From IMG/VR virus record IMGVR_UViG_3300043185_000099, positions 32,001-96,000 of that record: DNA of 64,000 bases, one strand, 5' to 3'. How positions within the stretch are numbered: position 1 is the stretch's first letter; the number at the start of each line of letters is the position of its first letter. The notes under the pieces are model-generated. The model did no database searches, was not told the origin of the DNA, and was given only the letters and a program-made list of their open reading frames with translations. This stretch comes from a virus. Positions 1 through 8,418 of the stretch are shown here, piece after piece. The translations under genes were made by a program, and so were the position numbers.

Positions 1-30
1 CGGCTATCGAGGCGTAGCGCAGACCATCGA

Positions 31-1053
31 TCACGGTTTCCTCCCGACGACCACAGGCTCCCAGGCTGGCTTAAGCGCGGTCCCGTACCCCTGCCACGTC
101 TTCGCGAGATCGGAGGAGGGCGCGGTGATGCGACGTGTGCCGTTCCATCGCTCGCCCGTCTTCTGGTAGCCCCAGTCTCCATCCTCAGTAGCAACGAGAT
201 CGGCCTTCCCTCCGTCCGCGCGGGACCGCATCGCGCGCGACGGGATAGCCGAGGCAATGTAGTCGTCGTGGACGGAGTCGAGGTGCAGCACCTCCTTGAG
301 ACGGACCCATTCCTCGGGCGTCGGCAGATAGATCTCCTCAGCTCTCTTTCCTCCCCGGCCCTCCACCCACGAGTAACGAGTCGTCCCGCCGAACACCAGG
401 CGATCCACCTCGACCCTGGACAGCCCGAGAGCCTCTCTCCGCTCGCGGAGGTACGCCTGGATCTCGCGTTCCCTCGCACGGTCTGTTCCTCGCAGCTTGT
501 CGACAGCCTTTGCCACGTTCGTCGACTTGGGAAATCCCGTCGAGTACGTCCAGGCTCGGATATCCACGTCAACAAACCCCACGCCTCGCATCGCTTTCAC
601 GAGCCGATGATAGGTTCTGGTCCCCCCGAACGCTCGAAGCATGCCGTCCGGCTTCAGCAGACGGTAGCACTCCGCCAGCCATCGTCTGTGCCACTTATCC
701 ATCTCCCGGAGGTGGTTGTTCTTGATTTCGTCGGGATCAACGGCCCGACCCCGGACGTGCCACCGCGGGTTCTCGCAAATGCATTTCCGTCGGCCGCGGC
801 GACGCCCCCCACAGACGGAACACGACGGATTCGCCCCTCCGAATCCAGAGGCCATCCCAAAAGACACCCACTCGGTCTTGCGGGCCCCGATACCAGGCCG
901 ACTCATCCCGGCCCCGGTCACCCACAACGTGTCCCACTCCGCGCCCATGAATTCTAAGCCGTAGGGGGGATCGCACACGACGGCGTCGATGGACTCGGGA
1001 GCAAATTGTCCGAGCCGCTCGACACAGTCTCCGTGCCACAATTCGATCTTCAC
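31..1053 (-). CDS. Catalytic (N-terminal) module of a split beta-class N6A/N4C DNA methyltransferase, with Cys-cluster and HTH-like insertions; no SAM-binding motif
   Basis: LWHGDC...VVCDPPY (motif IV), RLLKPDG..RAFGGTRTYHR, WTYSTGFPKS; ends GYGTALKPAWEPVVVGRKP-stop. No DPFxGSGT motif in the ORF. Confidence 0.85.
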   Translation of the reverse strand: MKIELWHGDCVERLGQFAPESIDAVVCDPPYGLEFMGAEWDTLWVTGAGMSRPGIGARKTEWVSFGMASGFGGANPSCSVCGGRRRGRRKCICENPRWHVRGRAVDPDEIKNNHLREMDKWHRRWLAECYRLLKPDGMLRAFGGTRTYHRLVKAMRGVGFVDVDIRAWTYSTGFPKSTNVAKAVDKLRGTDRAREREIQAYLRERREALGLSRVEVDRLVFGGTTRYSWVEGRGGKRAEEIYLPTPEEWVRLKEVLHLDSVHDDYIASAIPSRAMRSRADGGKADLVATEDGDWGYQKTGERWNGTRRITAPSSDLAKTWQGYGTALKPAWEPVVVGRKP

Positions 1054-1661
1054 GACATTCCTTTCACGTCAAGGACCTTTTCGCGGAGACGGACGAGCGC
1101 TTGGACCCCCTTCAGCTCGCCCCACGACTCCTTGCTCACGCCGTAGTCCACGCGATCAAATGTCTCCCAGAATGCGAGGATCGTACGCGCGTCCGGCTCC
1201 CGATCATGGGTGAGCCCCCTGAGCAGTCGATCGGTCCGGCGACGTTCGTCCTCGTAGGAGACCGACCGCGCGACATCAATCTCATCGTGGACATCCGCTG
1301 GACGATCCTCGGCATCGACCCATGGAAGCGCCCCAAGCCCGAGGCGCTGTTCGAGGTGCTCGACTGCCTCCCGGAAACCGACGCCCTCCTTCTCCATGAC
1401 ATAGGCAATCGGATCCCGGCTCTTGCGGCAGACCCAGCACCATGTCGAGTTCGTCGAAGGGTAGTAGCGCGCAGATGGTTTCCGGTCGACGCCGTGGAGA
1501 TCGCACGAGAACTGCTGCTCACGGTGCGGGTCAGAGACGACAGCGTACCCGTACGAGCGAAGCAGGTCGCCAAGGTTGCACGTATGGTTGACTCGATCTG
1601 CACGCGCCCTCAGTCGCTTGATGGCCTTGAGCCGCGCTGCCTCGTCGTCCACCGTACTCAC
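1050..1661 (-). CDS. Stand-alone CHC2 zinc-finger (DNA primase zinc-binding domain) protein
   Basis: FSCDLHGVDRKPS...WCWVCRKSRDPIAYVMEKEGVGFREAVEHL matches the DnaG CHC2 zinc-binding pattern; no TOPRIM domain. GTG at 1661 chosen because it overlaps the upstream stop (GTGA); ORF track starts at 1721. Confidence 0.8.
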   Translation of the reverse strand: MSTVDDEAARLKAIKRLRARADRVNHTCNLGDLLRSYGYAVVSDPHREQQFSCDLHGVDRKPSARYYPSTNSTWCWVCRKSRDPIAYVMEKEGVGFREAVEHLEQRLGLGALPWVDAEDRPADVHDEIDVARSVSYEDERRRTDRLLRGLTHDREPDARTILAFWETFDRVDYGVSKESWGELKGVQALVRLREKVLDVKGMS

Positions 1662-2308
1662 CGGTCGAACGCCTTTCGCAACCGCAGATTCAGAATCAGC
1701 CGAGTCTCCTCGCGGTGCCAACCCGGATACGTCACCGGAGATACCGACGACGATCTACGGCAGGTGATCGGGCAGATGCTGCGCTCCATGAGGAGCGAGG
1801 CTCCCGCATCCGTGAGGCTTAGCACGCGATCGCCATCTCTGTCGCGCGCGTTCCACACGCCATCGTCATCGCGCTCAATGCTGCGGATGAGAGACCGAGG
1901 GGCCTCGACGTCTAGGAGCGCAGGATCGCAGAACACCGCCCACGAGTACCACGTGTATCCGTGGAGTTGGTCTTCCCTTCCTCCCGGAATCGCGAAGCGT
2001 ACCTGTCGCTTGAGCGAGGCGCGTGCGGTGCCCCCCAGGTCGTCGTCGATTCTCTCGAGGAGACGCATCAGGTACCTCGCTCGAGCCTGATCGTGCGTGG
2101 TGACGAGGAACGGAAACTTGTGGTTGTGTCCGCTGTGAGCTTGGTGGAAGTCCAGGCACAGCTCGGACATCAGCTGTACGTCCGGGTCACGTAGCCGTCG
2201 CGAGTCATCGGCGTCGGCGAGGCGGTCTTTGAACACGAGTGACGTGACGTGCAGGGCGAGACCCCCGCGCGCGCGGAAGCCACGGGTCCCCGTGTCTGAA
2301 CCGGACAT
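1658..2308 (-). CDS. Hypothetical protein
   Basis: 216-aa ORF with protein-like composition that tiles into the minus-strand operon. Confidence 0.6.
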   Translation of the reverse strand: MSGSDTGTRGFRARGGLALHVTSLVFKDRLADADDSRRLRDPDVQLMSELCLDFHQAHSGHNHKFPFLVTTHDQARARYLMRLLERIDDDLGGTARASLKRQVRFAIPGGREDQLHGYTWYSWAVFCDPALLDVEAPRSLIRSIERDDDGVWNARDRDGDRVLSLTDAGASLLMERSICPITCRRSSSVSPVTYPGWHREETRLILNLRLRKAFDR

Positions 2309-2340
2309 CCGACGTTGTACGCCTCAGGATAGACGGAGTC

Positions 2341-2802
2341 TCACCCGAGGATCCGGAGACGCACGCGGTCCGGGCCGACACCGCGTTCGGCGGCAATCTC
2401 TGCCCCGCGCTCCACGAACTCCTGCGGTCCCTCGATGCTCACGGTGCCGTCATGGTGCTTGACGTAGAGCCCTTGGCCGCTCCGTCGCAGATCGCGCATG
2501 AGGTGTGCTCCCTTGTCCTTCTGGAGAGCCCGGGGGGCAAGCTCCCTCACGACCACGGTCTCGCCGAGGTTCGTGTGCTGGACATCCAGCAGGACATCGC
2601 TGCGATCGGGACGATGGCGATCCACACCGAATCCGAGGAGCCATAGACAGGAGAATCCCCTGCACGCGGTCGGCCGCCCCTCGTAGATCGAGCACCCCTC
2701 GCGCGAGGCGTGTCGGCACCGTTCGCCAGCCGGCTTGTCGATCTCCTCCACACGCAGCACCGTGCAGCACACGGTGCAGCGTCCGCACGTCCTGGTGCTC
2801 AT
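2341..2802 (-). CDS. YkgJ-like cysteine-cluster (CxxCxxCC) Zn/Fe-chelating protein
   Basis: MSTRTCGRCTVCC...RCRH....CSIYEGRPTACRGFSCLWL; ATG at 2802 overlaps the upstream stop (ATGA). Confidence 0.8.
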   Translation of the reverse strand: MSTRTCGRCTVCCTVLRVEEIDKPAGERCRHASREGCSIYEGRPTACRGFSCLWLLGFGVDRHRPDRSDVLLDVQHTNLGETVVVRELAPRALQKDKGAHLMRDLRRSGQGLYVKHHDGTVSIEGPQEFVERGAEIAAERGVGPDRVRLRILG

Positions 2803-3065
2803 GACTCGGGCTCCAGGACGGCCACGATCCACTCCTGCCGAACGATGACCTCGACGCCGTCTTCCTGGCGCACGGAGAACTCCACGACCGTCGGGTGCGT
2901 CGGGTGATCGCCCCGCACGCGGATGACCACGCCCTCGACGACCCTCCTCGTCGCGGCCACCTTCATCTGCGCACCGGCCAGTGAGGCGCGAGGGATCGGC
3001 TCGAACCACTCGGCCCTGACACGCGTCCCCTTGGTCACGTAGACCTCGGTGCGATTCTCCGTCAC
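2799..3065 (-). CDS. Hypothetical protein (small, beta-rich)
   Basis: 88-aa ORF with 4-nt overlaps at both ends (ligA stop and YkgJ-like start). Confidence 0.65.
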   Translation of the reverse strand: MTENRTEVYVTKGTRVRAEWFEPIPRASLAGAQMKVAATRRVVEGVVIRVRGDHPTHPTVVEFSVRQEDGVEVIVRQEWIVAVLEPES

Positions 3066-5002
3066 AGCATGGCCTCCACGTCGGCGACGCCGATCACCTG
3101 GACGCCGTAGTCGCGCGCCTTCTTAGCCTTGCCGCTCGCCGATGTCGGGTCCTTCGCTACGAGATACGTGAGATCCTTGCCCACGCTCGTCTTGATAGCC
3201 CCTCCGGCGTCCTTGATCCGATCCTCCATTCCCTTGTCGCGGATCCCGGTGAAGCAGAACGACTTGCCCGACAGCTTCCCCTTCACGGGGCCCTTGACGG
3301 AGACGCCGGCCGCCAGCAGGTCCTCGACCAGCTTGCGGCAGCCGCGGAAACCGTCGACGAACGCTCCCGCCTTGGTCTCGCCCAGTCCGGGGATCGCGGC
3401 GAGGGCGGCGAGCGACGCCTTCCCCATCTTCTCCAGCGTGTCGAACCCGGCGTCGACGATCATCTGGCACACCGTCTGGCCGCAGAGGTCGATCCCGAGC
3501 GCGCCCACGAAGTCTGCGATGCGAAGCGTTTTCTTGGCGGAGAGGTTCTCCAGCATGCGCTCGGCCGTGCTGGTGCCGATCCTCTTCCCCGAGAGCTGGA
3601 AGTCTTCCAGATCGGTCACCGTGAGTCGGTAGATGTCGGCGAGGGAACGGACCTTGCCCGAGGCACAGAGCGCCTCGATCGCCGTGTCGCCCCACTCCTT
3701 CACGTCGAGTTTCTTGACCCACCGCTTGACGGCGCCGCTCTGCTGCGCCGGGCACCGCGCCCCGTCGTCGCAGACGAGGAACTCCCCCTTCTTGGACAGG
3801 GGCTTGCCGCACGACGGACAGTCGCGAGGGATCGCGAACCTCCCGTTCTGCGACGGCCGCAGCACCTGCTCCACGTATGGGATCACGTCGTTCCGACGCG
3901 AGACGAGCACGGTGTCGCTCATGCCGAGCAGGTTCTGCGGGCACTTCTCGGCGAGGCGGCGGATGTTGGACTCGTTGTGGAGGCTCGCCTGCGAGACGGA
4001 CGCACCCGCGAGGTTCACCGCGTCGAAGTACGCCACCGGAGTCACCCGGCCGCTCGCTCCTACCTGCCACACGATCTCGCGCAGCTTGGTGGGCTGCTTC
4101 TCGTGGGGGAACTTGAACGCCCGTGCGCCCTTGGGCCGCCCGTCGTGCTCGCCGAGGTGCTCCATGGCGGACAGGTCGTCGAGTTCGACGACGAGTCCGT
4201 CGATTTCGTAGTCCAGACCCTCCCGCGTCTTGGAGACATACTCCCTGTAGACGGAGAGGACATCGTCGACCGTAGACGCTGTGCTCCAATTGGGAGTTAT
4301 ACAGCCGAGCTTCTCCAGGAGCTTCAGCTCGACGGACTTGCGCACGATCCCGTGCGCGTCCGTGATCACTTGGTAGCAGATGACCGTGAGGTGCTTGCAC
4401 GGAGCCGGGTCCGACTCTCGCTTGGCGATGCCCGAAGCTGCGTTGCGTGGGTTCTTGTACTCGGGGACGTGCTTCCGATGATCGCTCCGCAGAAGAACGA
4501 TCTCACCGCGCACGAACCCGGTGAAGTCGCGCATCTTCCTCTGGACGCCCTTCATCAGCAGGACGTTGCGCGTGATGTCCTCGCCCATCTCTCCGTCTCC
4601 CCGCGTGAGAGCCTGGACGAGCTGCCCGTTCTCGTAACGGAGGCTGATGGAGATCCCATCGAGCTTCTCTGAGATCACGATGCCTGGATCAGCCGAGCCG
4701 ACATCCCCGGAAACGTGGGCCGCCCGAATCTTGGCGCTTACGTCGGTGTGCCACTCGGCGAGTTCCTGCTCGACCTGGACCTTGAGGAGACTGCCCATGG
4801 GCGCCCCGTGGCGTACCTTGGACCACCCGGACTTGGGCTTCGCGCCGACAGCCTTGAAGTAGGCGTTCTCGGGGTCCAGGTCTCGTAGTTGGTCCTCCAG
4901 CGCGTCAAACTCCGCATCCGACATGATGGGGGAGTCCCCGTAGTAGGCGTCCCTGGCCTGCTGGAGCTGCTCGACGAGGTCCTGGACTTCGCGTGTACTC
5001 AT
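3062..5002 (-). CDS. ligA: NAD-dependent DNA ligase
   Basis: YY..SPIMSDAEFD domain Ia, EKLDG adenylation motif, VRGE, NPRNAASG, YEIDGLVV, WQVGASGRVTPVA OB fold, CPSC..C..C zinc finger, HhH repeats, C-terminal BRCT (FCFTG...GKAKKA). GGGAGG SD upstream. Confidence 0.97.
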   Translation of the reverse strand: MSTREVQDLVEQLQQARDAYYGDSPIMSDAEFDALEDQLRDLDPENAYFKAVGAKPKSGWSKVRHGAPMGSLLKVQVEQELAEWHTDVSAKIRAAHVSGDVGSADPGIVISEKLDGISISLRYENGQLVQALTRGDGEMGEDITRNVLLMKGVQRKMRDFTGFVRGEIVLLRSDHRKHVPEYKNPRNAASGIAKRESDPAPCKHLTVICYQVITDAHGIVRKSVELKLLEKLGCITPNWSTASTVDDVLSVYREYVSKTREGLDYEIDGLVVELDDLSAMEHLGEHDGRPKGARAFKFPHEKQPTKLREIVWQVGASGRVTPVAYFDAVNLAGASVSQASLHNESNIRRLAEKCPQNLLGMSDTVLVSRRNDVIPYVEQVLRPSQNGRFAIPRDCPSCGKPLSKKGEFLVCDDGARCPAQQSGAVKRWVKKLDVKEWGDTAIEALCASGKVRSLADIYRLTVTDLEDFQLSGKRIGTSTAERMLENLSAKKTLRIADFVGALGIDLCGQTVCQMIVDAGFDTLEKMGKASLAALAAIPGLGETKAGAFVDGFRGCRKLVEDLLAAGVSVKGPVKGKLSGKSFCFTGIRDKGMEDRIKDAGGAIKTSVGKDLTYLVAKDPTSASGKAKKARDYGVQVIGVADVEAML

Positions 5003-5104
5003 CTGGCCTCCCGTACGGCCCGGTCCCCGCTTTTACACGCCGCGGCCGCCCAACGAGGCCCGCGCACTATGCGCGTCACCAGGACCTCGCGAAAACCAGT
5101 ATCT

Positions 5105-5113
5105 CCTCTATAG
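5105..5113 (+). promoter_or_regulatory. Candidate phage late-promoter motif CCTCTATAG
   Basis: Identical 9-mer on the minus strand at 48107-48115 and a near copy (GCTCTATAA) at 28805-28813. All three are intergenic and oriented toward structural-type genes. Confidence 0.4.
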
Positions 5114-5125
5114 CCCACCACCAGG

Positions 5126-5707
5126 GTGTCCCTGTCTCTCCGAGAAGGAGCGCTGTCGCAAGACGTCGAGGTGCTCCTCCACGGGGATCGGCTCGTGGTC
5201 GCGGCGGGCCCGGTGCTGCGCCAGACCCGATGGTCGGGTGGTCTCTGGGTCCTGTTCGTCACGCCGACGGGCGTGAGCGACTGGATCGTCGAGAGATCGA
5301 ACGGCGTACAGGCGACCGGATTCCTGCTGTTCGGCTCGGAGAACTACGCGAACTCGGCTGGCGACGCCGGCTACCGCAACTTCACGAGCATCCAGCCGGC
5401 CAACCCGCAGGCCACGACGTTCGCGATGGGCGCCAACACGCTCCCGATGGTCACGGGCGGAGGTCGGTTCCTCTTCCGCGTGTTCGAGACGGTGGCGCTG
5501 ACGCCGGCGGGCGTGCGCGCCGGCGGTCCCGCCGTCTACAACCTCAACGACATCCTCAAGGTCAGCGAGAACGGTCTCCTGTGCAACGATCCCGACGCCA
5601 ACCTGCTGGCCGCTACGGGTGGCACGGAGACTATCAAGGTGGGGACATGCTCGGCCATTCCCGATGACCGCAGTGGCAACAGGCTCGGCCTCGACTTCAA
5701 GTTCTGA
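5126..5707 (+). CDS. Hypothetical protein, probable virion (head decoration/cement-like) protein
   Basis: 193-aa Gly/Ala/Thr/Asn-rich ORF with strong GC3 codon bias, divergent from ligA and preceded by the CCTCTATAG motif. The structural role is inferred from composition only. Confidence 0.65.
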   Translation: MSLSLREGALSQDVEVLLHGDRLVVAAGPVLRQTRWSGGLWVLFVTPTGVSDWIVERSNGVQATGFLLFGSENYANSAGDAGYRNFTSIQPANPQATTFAMGANTLPMVTGGGRFLFRVFETVALTPAGVRAGGPAVYNLNDILKVSENGLLCNDPDANLLAATGGTETIKVGTCSAIPDDRSGNRLGLDFKF

Positions 5708-6332
5708 CCTGCTTGAAGAATCTCGATCCCCCTCCCTGATCGCCGTACCAGATCTGCGGCGTGTCGGCTGGACGGCTCTCTGCACCGAAGGTCGCGCTTC
5801 TGTTTCCGTCTCGCCCTCGCCCCGTCCGTCGCTTGATCGTGCCGCTTCCACTCGCGAGCAGACCACTCTGCGCGTCGATGTCATCGACGGGGCATCCGCG
5901 TTCGCACGTCCACGACGCAATAGTCTCGAGCCCGTCCGTTTCCGCGTACCCGTGGTCTGGCGTCCCTGGAGGCACCTTGCCCCAGCCGGTGACGCCCTCC
6001 GATCTCACGCCGTGGCGCTTGACGGCGACGCCTGTCTTGACTCTGCGAGTCCCGCTCTGTCGACATCCTGCAAGGTGCTGCAGGATCACGTTCGCCGGCC
6101 ACCGTCCTCCGGCCGTCTCGGGACCGTGAAATGTCTCTCCTGACGTCGATCTGCCTTCGTTTCGATGACCGAGACAGAGACCGTCTGGTCCTCGTCGCGT
6201 GCAGTGGGTCCCACCACCGTCGGATCCGATCCGGCTCCTGGTAATATCCAGCGCACCTGTGCCCCAGGTCGACACGTTGTCCGTGATGCTCTGTTGAGCC
6301 AGCGGCTTGCGCGAGATGGTGACGACTCTCAT
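5697..6332 (-). CDS. Stand-alone methyltransferase middle (target-recognition-region) module 3
   Basis: MRVVTISRKPL...NVSTWGTGALDITRSRIG...GRWPANVILQH...WTCERGCPV...YGDQGGGSRFFKQVRT-stop; ATG at 6332 overlaps the upstream stop (ATGA). Confidence 0.8.
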   Translation of the reverse strand: MRVVTISRKPLAQQSITDNVSTWGTGALDITRSRIGSDGGGTHCTRRGPDGLCLGHRNEGRSTSGETFHGPETAGGRWPANVILQHLAGCRQSGTRRVKTGVAVKRHGVRSEGVTGWGKVPPGTPDHGYAETDGLETIASWTCERGCPVDDIDAQSGLLASGSGTIKRRTGRGRDGNRSATFGAESRPADTPQIWYGDQGGGSRFFKQVRT

Positions 6333-6883
6333 GGACGTACCTGCTTGAAGAATCTCGCCGCCGCCGTGCCGCTGTCTCCGTAGTCCTCGGGTGGAACAAA
6401 CACTCGATGACGCGGGAGCACTGGCGCTTTCCCCCGGTCGACCTTGAACGGTTGCTGTCCAGGTCGTGCTCGACGGGACACTCCCGTTCCGGTACCGCCC
6501 GATTCGCTCTGTCGGTCCAGGATCCCGACGGGACACACCGGACCGCACTCGCCGTCGCACGCCTTGACATGCTGGAGGATCACGTTCGCCGGCCACCGAC
6601 CAAGCTGCTCGGACGGGCGCTCTGCCATGTAAACATCCGCGCTTCCACGACGCCCGAGTTTACCAAGAAGCTCGGTCTCGGACGCTCGGCTAGAGCCATA
6701 GATCCGCTCGGCCATGGGCGCCTTGTCAGACTTGCGAGCCGAGGCTCGCCGTGCAGCAGCGGGAGATCCTCCAGGAGACGATATCCGACAGGGATCCACG
6801 GCGAGGCCACCAGACCCCCAGCGCTGGATGTTCGCCGCGATGGGTCCCTCAGGTGGTTTACGCGCTACGGTGATCACCCTCAA
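6329..6883 (-). CDS. Stand-alone methyltransferase middle (target-recognition-region) module 2
   Basis: MRVITVARKPPEG..AANIQRWGSGGLAVDPCRI...GRWPANVILQH...CGPVCPV...YGDSGTAAARFFKQVRP-stop; TTG start overlaps the upstream stop, GGAGGAG SD. Confidence 0.8.
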   Translation of the reverse strand: MRVITVARKPPEGPIAANIQRWGSGGLAVDPCRISSPGGSPAAARRASARKSDKAPMAERIYGSSRASETELLGKLGRRGSADVYMAERPSEQLGRWPANVILQHVKACDGECGPVCPVGILDRQSESGGTGTGVSRRARPGQQPFKVDRGKAPVLPRHRVFVPPEDYGDSGTAAARFFKQVRP

Positions 6884-8418
6884 TCTTCGACTCCTCCGAT
6901 GTCGAGGCCGAAGATACCACCCTCCTGCTCAGCCTCGTTCTCCATGGGTGGAACTTCGCTCTCGATCCTGGGGGACAGGTCACCCGGGGTTTCTGCCGCC
7001 TTCCATCGCACGCGTTGTTCTGCAATCTGTGCGTACTCGACGTCCTGCTCGATGCCCACGAAGTTGAGTCCGTGCCCCTTCTTCCGACGTTTCGATTCGG
7101 CCATGCAAGCGAGCCCTGTCGTACCGGACCCCATGAATGGATCGCAGACCAGCGCACCATCCGAGACGTCTCTCAGAAGAGCTTCCATGACGGCAACCGG
7201 CTTCACTGTGGGGTGGTCCGACTGCACGATGCGCTTTTTCTCGACCGTACGCGTGTCGAACCGCTCGCGCATTTCATCAGGAACGTCGTCGACTGCCAGG
7301 CCGTCCTCGACCATCCTCTCCAAGATGTCTTTGTCCACATTCTCGGAGAGTTCTTCGCGCAGATCCTCGACACTCTCGTCCTCGCGCGGGAACAACCGCT
7401 CCGAGCGGATGACCTTTTCCCTCGGTACGACGCCAGCGTTGCGTTCCGTAGTGCTAGCCTTCGCGACGTAGTGGAACTCTCCAGGCGTGTCGAGGACGGC
7501 GATGGCGTCCCTGATCTCGTACCCGAAGTCCTCGACGGCACACGCCCCCGTCGTCCCGGTCGGGTCGTCCTCGTCCGAGATCAGGAGCAGGTGTGCTCCC
7601 GGACGCAGCACCCTGTCGATCTCCTTCATCCACGGGCTGGGATCGCCGACGGTCACGATGCCGTGCACGGACTTGTCGGCGAGGGCCGCGAAGTCGACGC
7701 TGGCCAAGTCGGCCTCGGCGATGATCACTGGCTCGCAGCTCGGGGGCGGGCTGATCATCGTGACGAGGTAGTCCCAGAGTTCCTGCGGGATGCCGTCCTT
7801 CATGTCTGCTCTCCTGGTCTGTTTGAAGAAGCGCGAGGCTCCGCCTCCATCGGCGTAGACGCGCGTGCCCGGATCGTTGAGGGCCACGTCGCCCTGTGGG
7901 TCTCCGTAGACGACACCCCTCTTCCGCGTCGCGGTCGCCGGATGCGGGTGAGGCCCGCGAGGATCGGCCCTCCCCGTGAGGGTCGAGGGTCGATCCCCGG
8001 ACTGGCGGTCGAGCGCCATCACGGCACATCCGTCCTGGCAGACCCACTTGACGACCCTCTCGTCCGGCAGTCGCTCGCTCTCGTACGCGACCCCCGCCGC
8101 GTCCCCGAACGGATGGGCCCCTCCCACGTGCCTGTTGATGACGTAGCCCGGCACCATGGTCGTGCCGTCGGGCCTGCAGCCCGTCTCGTGGACGAGCACG
8201 GTGTTGGCCGGCCAGCGACCCGACGCGCTCGACATCTGGCCGCTGCGGCGATGGGTCGCGCGACCTCCCACATGCCTGAAGTCCGGCTGCGGCACGGACG
8301 GAGGCACGCCCGCGATGCGGCACCCGTCCACGTCGATGGCGCCCGCGGCCCACCGCAGAGCGTTCGACGTCGCGCTGCCCTCCGAGCACACCTTGCGGGA
8401 GAGCGTCACCACTCTCAC
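6880..8418 (-). CDS. Methyltransferase middle module 1 fused to a SAM-binding C-terminal module (possible internal start at 7803)
   Basis: VRVVTLSRKV...GAIDVDGCRI...GRWPANTVLVH...ASRFFKQ, then a degenerate catalytic-like region, then FHYVAKASTTER...DHPTVKP (motif X), VCDPFMGSGTTG (motif I), FVGIEQDVEY (motif II). GTG at 8418 overlaps the upstream stop; AGGAG SD before ATG 7803. Confidence 0.85.
   Translation of the reverse strand: MRVVTLSRKVCSEGSATSNALRWAAGAIDVDGCRIAGVPPSVPQPDFRHVGGRATHRRSGQMSSASGRWPANTVLVHETGCRPDGTTMVPGYVINRHVGGAHPFGDAAGVAYESERLPDERVVKWVCQDGCAVMALDRQSGDRPSTLTGRADPRGPHPHPATATRKRGVVYGDPQGDVALNDPGTRVYADGGGASRFFKQTRRADMKDGIPQELWDYLVTMISPPPSCEPVIIAEADLASVDFAALADKSVHGIVTVGDPSPWMKEIDRVLRPGAHLLLISDEDDPTGTTGACAVEDFGYEIRDAIAVLDTPGEFHYVAKASTTERNAGVVPREKVIRSERLFPREDESVEDLREELSENVDKDILERMVEDGLAVDDVPDEMRERFDTRTVEKKRIVQSDHPTVKPVAVMEALLRDVSDGALVCDPFMGSGTTGLACMAESKRRKKGHGLNFVGIEQDVEYAQIAEQRVRWKAAETPGDLSPRIESEVPPMENEAEQEGGIFGLDIGGVED

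Noticed and set aside
1-34. Possible start of the next minus-strand gene (GTG at 34 overlapping the stop at 31-33; MIDGLRYASIA...)
   Set aside because: Only 11 codons are visible. It does not begin with the MRVxTxxRK module motif and cannot be annotated.
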